From Nageia nagi (lineage: Eukaryota; Plantae; Pinophyta), in NCBI GenBank assembly GCA_050084985.1, contig JBITNC010000001.1, positions 125,736,001 to 125,800,000 on the forward strand: 64,000 nucleotides of DNA. Direction: 5' to 3'. Below, piece by piece: positions 53,778 through 64,000 of the stretch (positions are counted from its first letter, which is position 1; each line of letters opens with the position of its first letter). The notes below the pieces were generated by a model. It was not told the DNA's origin. It made no database searches and was given only the letters and a program-made list of their open reading frames with translations. The position numbers and the translations under genes are program-made.

Positions 53778-56700
53778 TAAATGATTGTCTCTCTCTAGGA
53801 TATCTCCTTGCATTACTAGAATATATTGTAAAGAAATTAAGAGCTTATACAAAAACAAGGTGATATAAAAAGATAAAATAAAGGGATATGAATTTTAATA
53901 ACTTTATTGATAAGAATGATCTTGTTGAAATAATCTTAATATAAGTCAATTTTACTTGGCCCAATTGGTGCACAAATAACTATTTCATTCTTGAGAAACT
54001 AGAGGGATTTCTTAAAAATCTACATTTTCTTAAGAATGAATCTATTCTTCAAATTAAAGGTTTAATACATGGTGTATATAACCATTGGACCATCACAATT
54101 ATAATGAATGTTATTAAAAGTATTTTCTTTCTCCATTATGATTTGAATGAATGTGATTTCAATTGTTATCTTTCAATGAATTGGTTCAAGGTTAGTGGAA
54201 ATAAGAATGACATGTTTATGAAATAATGATATTTTAATTCATACTAAGTTAAAATACTTAAGTATAAACTTAAATAATTAAAAAAGGATATTTTTGGGAA
54301 TGTGTTTAAGAATATATAAATATTAGAAATGGACCTCCATTAAAAATAGGAACAACTATAACTTGGGAAGGTTTGTTTTATTTTTGACAAAGAATAAATT
54401 TTACCCAAACCCTTAGAAGAAACCTATTTAAGAGGAATCATTTTAGAATAAAAATTCACATATTAAATACATGAAATAATGTGATAGGAACATAAAGTTC
54501 TTTCACCTCTCAACAAAGGCACGTAGAGATAATAGTAGGATCTCTAGTTTGGTTTCATAAGATGATTAGGTTCTTTTAACTATTGGAGAGATGAATGATC
54601 ATATCATATCATATTTTAATTACCTTCTTACTAAAAATAAAATCCTTATCTAAGAGTATCAATATCATTTTGTACATTGCATTCCAAAATTGGTACCACC
54701 TGCATAAAATTTGATTATTTAGATACCTGAAAAGAGGTAGAAAAATACCCATTTCAAATGAAGAGTTTTAGTGAATTGTTCTAGATAGATTCCCTCCTAG
54801 AATCTTCTAGAATTTTTGTTATATATTAAAATAAGATATCATAATAAATATAGTGAAGGAATCATTTTATTTAAAGAGGATTCTTGAATGACATAACCAT
54901 ACTTTCTTGGGTCTATTTCTTAAGGTAGAGGATTAAAAATCTATTGATATCTACAAACCAATATTTCACTACAATGTAATTTATAAAATAATATATAAGG
55001 TGAATTTAAATATATTCAATTTGAAAAGGAATTTTTGAAAGGAAGAAACCTCATTAATGATTCTATTCTCATACATCAGTTGATACATTCTCTTTCTAGT
55101 CAAAGGAAAGGCTTACTTCTCAAGTTAGATATGAAAAAGATTTTGATAGTGACAACTAGAAATTTATTTCCCAATTACTTAGAAGGTTTTGTTTTTATAT
55201 TTATTGTATTAAATGGATTATTTCCCTTTTTTGTAGTTTATATTTTTCAATTCTCATAAATGGTTGTGCTAAAGGATTTTTAAAAGCTCCCTAGGTTTTG
55301 CCAAGGTGATTATTTCTTGTTCTATCTTATATAATTAATGTTTAGGATCTTTGAAGAGGCCTCAAATTTATTTAATCTTAGTGAAGGATTAAAAATTAGG
55401 GTAAATTTTAGCCATAAGTCTTTAACTAATAAGTGAATTTTAGTATTTCTAGATTTTCAATCTGCCAAATTTTTGGAATACAATGAGTTCATAATCATCA
55501 AAAGTTTATATATTTTTTAAATTATACAAGTTAGATCACCAAAGAATTTAAGATTTTAATTTTTAATACAATTATTTATCATATAATAAATCATAAAATA
55601 TTTATATAAATATGTATAGCACATAACCAAATTACTTCTTACACCTATTTGATAGAAATAAATATCATAAGTTAAATTGTAATACATAATTGATACATGT
55701 CAAATAGTACAAAATTCCTCTAACCATTCAATTTTTATAAGAATATTATCATGAATCTCCAACAAAAAGAGTAGATTTTATATTTTTGATACAATAATTA
55801 CTATCTAAATAAAATATTACCAAATTCTTAAAGGTTACGACTACAATTTGATGGTTGCATAATGCAATTTATTGATTACAAGATGGAACTATCCGTTTAC
55901 ATATAGAATATTGATGTCCAAAAATATGAGTATTTTTTCTTCAGGGGATTGGCCCCCAATAATAGTATTAGGGGGGATTTTCCCCTCATTTTCTTATTTT
56001 TCCCTATTGTAAAAATAGGGAATTTTGATATATTCATGAGAAAAATATGCAATAAAAAATCACAAAATTTTCTACTTTTTTTAAGTATATATATATTGTT
56101 TCTAAACACTACAAATGAAATTTTACAACCCTATGAATGAAAATTATGAAATTCTCCTTAATTTGATGTGGGGTCTTAAAATTAACTCTACCCCATGTAC
56201 ATGTTATCAGTTTATAGATGATACTTTGTTGGTAGTTTATCTTTCAATACATGAAATACTCAAGATTATATACCTCCTTTATTCATATGAAAAGGCCTAT
56301 GGATAATATAAAGGTTATAATAAATAAAATATCTATATAATCAATTTTAGATCCCTACATCTCATTATGATTTTACATCAAGCATACATAATAATAAATT
56401 CCTTACCTAGAACATATTTGTGGTTATCTTTATTTTAGAGAGGGAATGTGAAATTTTTTTAGGAGAAAATAATTACCAAAATAATAAAAAAAGAGAAATT
56501 TGTTTGTTAAAATGGTTACCATCTACAAGTAGATTATTAAATAAAATCAATGTTCAGTCTCGTTCTAATATTTTAGTTAGGTACCTTTTGGTTCTTGACC
56601 AAAATCTTGTTAAAGATGGAAGCTATTATGGAAAATTTTCTTTGTCAAGGAAGCTCTCATAAAAAATGATTCACCTTATGTTTTGGATAATATTTTCTTT

Positions 56701-57800
56701 AAACTATCATCAAGAGTATTGTAATTAAAAATAAAAGTAATTAACATGGTATTTTTTGGGAATTCTAATCTAAGATCCTATAATGATTCCTATTGATTAT
56801 TAAGTCAATTAATAAGAATCAAATATATGGATAATTTTAATCCTATAATGATATTCATATTATATGAAACTCATTTTGCTCTATGATTTGGAATGGTCTA
56901 AAGAAGGTTAAGCCCCATATTCTATGTTACTTAAAATAGGTAGTAAGGGAAGGAAATAAGGTCCATTTTTGGGAGGATATATGGATAAACTCATATTCCC
57001 TTTTAAGGTCTGATGGTTTCCAACATATATAATAATTTATATCTTTAAATTGGTGAGATAATTTTGTTGATTACTTGGATTAGTCTACTAGATATGGTAG
57101 GAGGATACCAAAATTATGATCATTTGATGTATTTATCATAGAGCACAATGCTAAACAAATATATTTGACAAAACTCTTACTCTTTTATAAATTAAAACAT
57201 GATAGTGAGGATATAATAGTTTATTTACTAAGTCTCTTTGGTTCATAAAAATTATATTTTATTTTATAATTCTCTCAACTCTTGTTATAGATAAATTTTT
57301 CCCTTTTATGTAGAATCAAGTAGGAAGATCTAAGGTCTAGTCAAGAGCCAACTATGTCCTTAGAAAAACTATGGAGAAATATTTCCTATTCAAAAATCAC
57401 TTGAATAGAGGAGGATGACCTAGTATACTTCAATGTATCATGTATGTGGAGGTGGATAAGATAGGTCCACGTATTCATCATTTCCTATTTTCCTTTAATT
57501 TATAATGGATATTTCTAAATATTATTTTAATAATATGGGTTATTTCTAGTAGTATATCTTATCTACTATCATCATGATATTATGTACAATCAAGGAAAGT
57601 TATTTTGATTTTATGGTTCACAACTCTAGCTATGATCTCTTAGAATATATGGATTGAAAGGAATGAGAGAATATTCAAGAGGTATGGAAGCATAAAATAT
57701 AATATCTACAAAAAAACATGAACCCAATTAGATAACATATCAAAATGATATTCACCAATAAACTCTTTAACTAATTTATAATTTTTTATCTCTAGTCCCT
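53778..57800 (+). pseudogene. Ancient decayed LINE ORF2 (endonuclease, RT, zf-RVT)
   Basis: NNFIDKNDLVEI...FTWPN, DRNIKFFH, LKGRNLINDSILIHQLIHSL...LLLKLDMKK, QGD, YQFIDDTLL, IWIERNERIF. An AT-rich non-coding insertion of about 780 bp (about 55399-56175) separates QGD from the DD motif. Confidence 0.8.
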
Positions 57801-59079
57801 GAAAGCCTCTTGTTAAGACATAGGAGCACAAATATCATACATCTCCCAAATCCCTAATGAATAAGAGTTTGTAACTCAATGTATCTTAAGCTATTAATTG
57901 AAATAATGGAAGTTAGATCATAAATGAAATCCAAAATTATTTTAGTATATCAATTTTTTTTATCACTATGGAAAACAAGTTTTTATATATCCATTTATCA
58001 TTTTCTACATGGTCTTTTAATTTGGTAAAAATGTTGGTCTACCCCTTTCTTTTCACTTTCTTTGAATCCTATAGCTAACAAATACTTGAATGATGATTAT
58101 TTATTACTTCATAGTTGGGCTCTATAAGTGGTAGATACAAATTTTTAATTAGAGGTATAGCAAAAAACTAGTACATTAGGGTACATTGATTTTGATTATG
58201 CTAATTTTGAACCTTATTTATCATTTATTCCTTCTCTTAGGCTATTTCAATGTATCAACATGGTGGGTGGGTATGCTACATATTATTACACTAATTATAG
58301 TTGTAACAATATTGTATATCTTGATATTAATTTATGTGATGCAATGTACTAGTATAGATCCTAGGTAAAAATACCAAATATTTTTCTCTTATAAATATAT
58401 TTTAATATAATAGAAGTTTGTTTAATAATTAAAAAATTATCTTTACCACTACTTGTAATTTTATTGAATTTTAAATGTAAAATACCTTTTATTTTCTTTA
58501 ACCTATGAGAAAACCTTGTTCATGATCAACTAACATAATAAACCCAAATGATATTATGATATTCTCCAACCATTATATAGTTCTATCTTAAGCCACTTTT
58601 CTATCAAATAAATATCTTGCTCAATAAATTAGTCCTTCATCCTTTTATGCCTAACTCAATTATTTTATTTCTTAAAAAATAAGAAAATAATGAAATAAAA
58701 CTTTAAGTTTAAACCATAGATCAACCATACAATGTTAACCATATTATTTATTTTTATTTTGATACAAATATATTATCTCATAAAATCTTTATGTACTAAC
58801 TCTATTTCACTTTAGTACTTTAAAGGTAAATACAACTCTAGAAATATTGATTCCAAAATGATTTAATTGCTTTATCTTATAATGGTATTTTATAAGAAAA
58901 TATTTTTCTAAAGGACCCTCACTAAATTAACTCTTAATTTCTCCTATAAATAAGCATTTAAGTCTATTACCAATTTTGAAAATCATTGCTAATATTTTAA
59001 AAAAACTTTAAATAGAACATAAGTTAGAAGTTGAGTCTTACTAACATGTATTCCAATAATAAAACATAAATGAATTGAA

Positions 59080-59640
59080 GCTCATATGATCATCTGCCTA
59101 AAGTCATAGACAATCATCTGCATTGAAGCTTAGATGATCATCTAGATAGAAGATTGGATGATCATTAGCATAGAAGCTTAGATGATCATTGTATAGAAGC
59201 TCAGATGATCGTTAATGCTTCTTTATAGATGATCATTAATGCATTTATAGAAATTATTGTTGATGCTTATTTATAGATGATCATATATAATCATGCAAAG
59301 ATGATCATCTACATTAATCAAAATACTATCATCTATAATGAAGTAATGATGATCTTCTATAAAAAGCACTAATGATTATCTTACCAAAGCAATGATGATT
59401 TTTATAAAAAAGCATTGATAGTCATTAGTAAGTAAGCACCAATTATCATCTACATAAAAGCATTGATGATCATCTATAAATAAGCACTAATGATCATCTG
59501 CATTAAAGCCTTGATGATCATTTGTAAAGAAACATAGATGATCATCTATGTTTTAATGTAGATGATAATTAGTGCATTTACATTATGGATCATCTATTCA
59601 TATTCACTATTGATCATCTATGTATTTGTGTGGTCAATTA
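59080..59640. repeat. Array 1 of GATGATCATC-core units, about 24-bp period
   Basis: Roughly 20 degenerate palindromic cores with AAGC/TATA-type linkers. Confidence 0.85.
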
Positions 59641-59836
59641 TCTACCATTAAAATAAAATGACTTGTTGGAAATTAGAAAACACATTAAATGTGATCATAC
59701 ATCATTAATGGTAACATGTGTTACTTGTTATAAAAGGGATTCCATAGGTCATTTTCACATATTTTAACACCACTTTGAGCCTTCAACATCTCTGGTTTTT
59801 CCACATCCTCCATATTCCCTTACCCATCCTTTCCCC

Positions 59837-61750
59837 ATGCAACCTTCCAATTCATTACTTGCCCTCTTGCTTTATAAATCCACCATGTTGACCTCTAATG
59901 CTCCTACAATGGTTAGTGCACCATCTTATAGTTACAAGAATCTAATTTGCCCTCAAATTTATAAAATTCTTACCACTATTAGATATGAATTCACTTGGTT
60001 GCAAGAATCTAACCTCATGTTGTTGGTTTAAATGGGCACATTTTTGAATGACATTCCTCTTTTGGATGCCATTATTAACTCCTATGGCAATGATAATTTG
60101 ACTATTACAATGATAGTCCATGGGAAACATGTTTCCTTCTCTTACAAACCATTTGATATACATATATTGATAGGTATGGCATTCAAGGATGTTGAAGAGT
60201 AGGTCAATATGTAGGCTGCTTTGTTAAATGACAACAAAATTCATCTAGAAATAAATTATGGTATTCAGGCAGAGTGTTTAATAGGTGAGAGTGCCTAGTT
60301 TTGTGTGTATTGATTTTGATGTATCTTTTATTCTTTTTTATTTATTTTACTACCAACACTTTTATAATTTAGTATATTTTTTGTAGTTACTTACAAACCC
60401 TCAATAGGGGGTCTCAATTTGCATGATGTCCACAACCCTTTATTGAAAGTTGTTATAGAGTTTTTTCCAAGCAAAAATAGTTTTATAGGGTAGAGCTTTG
60501 GACATTCTATTTTAGGGGATTTTTACATTCTACAATGTATTGAGCATAAAAGATTCAACTGGTTCTCTTTTATTGCTAATAGGATCCAAACTAACATTGG
60601 CACTATCAAAATATGAAATTCTCAAAATATTTACTTGTCCACCTATAACTATTTGCTTTCTTTATACAATGAGGCCCTCTATTCTCTTCAAACCACCCTA
60701 ATTTTAATAATTAATCATGATTAGCTCAAAACCTTAACACTATCTATTGAAGAAGTGTAGGTACAATAGCCATTAACTATGTTTTTGTTTTGAATTTATG
60801 GGTACTCAAATTTCAATACAATTTTGGTAATTTGTAATGATTCATTAAAAATGTTGTTTAACCTTAATGTAGAGGAAGATAATAGATTCAATCTTTTGTA
60901 GATGATATACAATAAAAGGAATATAGCCAAAGGATTATGGAGATTCACAAGCGGATTTTGACTCACCCTTGGTGAGGAAATCTTCAAAAAGGTGTAGGAG
61001 AAATGTAAATGTCATCTCAAATTCTTATGATAATTCTATTGTTTCATATCACAATCACAATTTGTATCCTCAATAAAAAAATTCTCAAATTAATACTGAT
61101 GATGAAAATGAAGTTAAACTATAGCAATAACATAACTCTACTATCCTAGTCCTAGGTAATCATAGCACTGATGATCATCTTTAGGATAGCATTGACAATC
61201 ATCTTTGGGTTAACACTGATGATCATCTTTAGGATAACACTAATGATCATCATGTGTAACTCAATGATAATTATCAATGAGTTATCCATGATGATTATTT
61301 GTGCAATCTCACTGATGATCAACATGGATAACCCACTAATGATCAACATGGATAACTCACTAATAATCAACATGCATAACTCACTAATGATCATTTGAAA
61401 AACCAAGGAAAAGTTTAGTTAATGCATCTATGGACAAGGAGAATTTGCTCAAAGATATTAAGGATAATAATGCATTAAAATTAATAGTCAAGGAGCATAA
61501 TATGGACTATCATTTTCTAATGAAATAAAAAGAGAAAGAGAATAAACCTATAGTGATACTGAAATAGAATGGGGAATAGAGTTGAGAAACTTAATATATA
61601 TATTGGATACTATAAAAAGAGGAGTGTTGATAGCAACCAAGTTGGGATCAACATCCCAAACTAGATCTATTGAAACTACCACTCTTGAGGAACAAAGTGA
61701 GGAGATTCTAGAGAATGTTGAGGAGTTTATTCAAAGGATAGTATTTAATA
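59837..61750 (+). pseudogene. Decayed intron-containing transposon accessory gene, weakly PMD/DUF1985-like
   Basis: WLQESNL...IPLLDAIINSY...IVHGKHVSFSYKPFDIHILIGM. A U-rich GT-AG intron at 60285-60386 restores frame into ...KRFNWFSFIANRIQ. Charged coding-like tail to about 61750. Ends approximate. Confidence 0.5.
61160..61396. repeat. Array 2, exact 24-bp period, about 10 units
   Basis: ACTGATGATCATCTTTAGGATA-type units; would encode 8-aa TDDH-like repeats. Confidence 0.9.
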
Positions 61751-62110
61751 TTTAAACATGAAGTGGGGATATAAAATGATGCTTGCTTCATGAAAATATT
61801 TTAAAAATATTTTTAAATTTAGAAAAACTTATTATACTTGTTTCTTGTTGTGGTGTTGTTTATATTGCAATCAAGTTTTCTTTCAATTATTACAATTGTT
61901 AGTGTACATTGAACATTTGCATAAGAATGAACAAATATATTTTTGAGTATGTTTCTTTTAAAAATCATTGAATATTTGTATAATTATGAGTGAATGTTGT
62001 GGATGTATGATGTATTTTCATAAGTATGTGATTTAAAATGGTATTTTGTCATGATTCTAGAAAGATATTGAAATATTGAAATGAAAAGTAATGAACATGA
62101 TTGAATTAGA

Positions 62111-62609
62111 AATTTAGAATGGGAATTAAGATCATTTTTGAATCATAACATTTATATTGAATTTGAAATGTAGAATTGTTAGTGTCTTAACATTGATGAT
62201 CATCAGTATCTTGACAAAGATGATGTCAGTGTCTTGATATAGATGATTGTCTATGTTAAGATATAGATGAGCATCTATGCCAAGACATAAATGAGCATTA
62301 GTGTCAAGACACAGATGAGCATCAATGTCAAGATATAGATGATCGTTAGTGTCAAGACACAAATTAGACACTAACGATCATCTATATCTTGACATTGATG
62401 CTCATCTGTGTCTTGACACTAATGCTCATTTATGTCTTGGCATAGATGGTCCTCTATATCTTAACATAGACAATCATCTATATCAAGACACTGACATCAT
62501 CTTTGTCAAGATACTGATGATCATCAATGTTAAGACACTAACAATTCTACATTTCAAATTCAATATAAATGTTATGATTAAAAAATGATCTTAATTCCCA
62601 TTCTAAATT
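62111..62609. repeat. Near-perfect inverted repeat: 243-bp arms, 13-bp spacer (62354-62366), overlapping array 3 (about 62185-62645)
   Basis: Arms differ at 3 positions by manual comparison. Mirror ORFs 62132-62371(-) and 62349-62588(+). Confidence 0.95.
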
Positions 62610-62829
62610 ATCATCTGTATCAAGATACTATCGATCATCTATGTCAAATATCAAGATTCAAAATACATGCATTCATCAAAGAAATTATAATAAGTATATT
62701 TAATTTAATCTAATTTAACAAATCTCAAATACAATTTTTACATAACATTGTTTAAAAAATAAAATTCACTTGCATCCATACAGGGATAAATTGATGATGT
62801 TCCTAAGTTGTAATAGATTACATTACATG

Positions 62830-64000
62830 GCTCACAATATAAAAATTAACTCATAGTTGTGGTAGCTAGAACATGTTCATAAGAGAACCAACTCTATTAG
62901 TGCACACATTTGAATCTTTTGAGACATTCAAAATGTGGTTTATAAAGATATCCTCATCTTCCTTTCCATCTATTTGATTTACTCCCATTCTCTTGCTCAA
63001 TGATTTCCATAATGCTATTACTTTGTCATATTGAAATCCTTGATTCCTACAAAATTATTTCAAATTTGAACGAAGTTATAGGAACTTGCTCAAATTCAAT
63101 TTCATTGGATGACATTACACCCTATCTTTTGAAACAATATAGAGGAATATCAATATCATTAACACTGATGCAAAGTCTATCAATAATATTGGATCTTAAA
63201 AATTTATTTGGATTTTCCACTTTTGTCAAAGATTTCCAATTTTCAAATGGAGGATCTATAAAATCTATTTCATACAACTTGTTGATAGTCCAACATACCT
63301 ATTTTCATTTACTTGTGAAATCAATTGTATATATAGATCTCTCTTGAGCCATCATAATGAATTTGTTCATTTCATATAACATTGGTATCATTCCACATAA
63401 TATCAATAATATTTCCAATTCTATTATGTAATACAATAAATATTTTGCTCTATCAACAACTCTTCTATTGTGGTAAAAGAAACTTGTCAAAATTTTATAT
63501 TGGTCAAATACTCTTTCTATAGGTTTAAACATTGAAATCCATTTGGTGTCAACATGTTTTAACATTCTTTTCCATCAAATTTTCTAGGAGTAAATTGTTG
63601 GAATTCAACATTCCTTTTGGAGCTTTTTGAAAAATAAGAATGCACTTCATCTATCAATTCCTCCACTTTGGCCACACAAGTATGTGTGCTTACTATTTTG
63701 TATGCAAGGTTCAATCTATGAGCCATACAATGAATGGGAATCATATACAAAGAAATTGATGTTTGAATATGAATACAAAGTCCATTTCTATTTCCTTGCA
63801 TTACTAAAGCACCATATGCACCTACACATATTAGCTTTCTCATAATTTCTACATCATATAAATTAAAAATATCTTTCAAATTGGTTACAACAAGATTGAA
63901 AAGGTTTTTTGAATTACAAGCTTCTTTTATTTTGTGTATTGTTAGCAAATGGGGTTATCTAACATGTTTGATGAATGTGCAAACATGTATACATACATAG
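62830..64000 (-). pseudogene. hAT-superfamily transposase remnant (ZNF862-like branch), running off the window edge
   Basis: ICVGAYGALVMQGNRNGL (catalytic DGA region, decayed), IHCMAHRLNLA (CxxH), HSYFSKSSKR, KHVDTKWISM (TRW motif). Confidence 0.88.

Noticed and set aside
55399-56175. Mutator MITE call for the insertion in the old LINE
   Set aside because: The left end looks MULE-like but no matching right TIR could be confirmed.
59942-60163. Minus-strand 73-aa ORF as an enzyme fragment
   Set aside because: No convincing motif; the + strand gives the coherent spliced reading.
61152-61406. MII-repeat ORFs on both strands
   Set aside because: Alternative frames of a palindromic 24-bp repeat.
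62132-62588. Twin 79-aa ORFs
   Set aside because: Produced by the 24-bp periodic array and the inverted duplication.
59080-62645. Palindromic cores with variable linkers resembling a CRISPR array
   Set aside because: Cores are only 10 bp, linkers are about 14 bp and related to each other, there are no cas genes, and the context is eukaryotic TE DNA.

Overview
Very AT-rich, strongly CpG-depleted eukaryotic DNA that reads as land-plant heterochromatin. A gymnosperm host is inferred from the style of the retroelement proteins; it is not proven. Most of the window is nested, decayed transposable elements. Reconstructed from termini and target-site duplications (TSDs): a 17.6-kb Tekay/Del-type gypsy element (36182-53772, TSD CTAGG) sitting inside an old LINE; a 5.2-kb solo LTR (5640-10820, TSD AAGTT); a rearranged Tat element (12763-17721); three copies of a gag-protease-only (TR-GAG-like) family, one complete at 19248-23806 with TSD TCTTG; copia debris; and a much younger near-full-length L1 (about 26900-32391). 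Two regions stand out. (1) A single undamaged 216-aa orphan ORF (32783-33433) in a CpG-retaining island. (2) The right end (59.1-64 kb), where a hAT transposase faces an intron-containing second gene with weak PMD/DUF1985-like motifs, interleaved with three 24-bp-period arrays of a palindrome that was ancestrally GACGATCGTC. This layout recalls transposon-encoded anti-silencing systems and also contains a near-perfect 499-bp fold-back. All alignments were made by eye; boundaries without a TSD are approximate.
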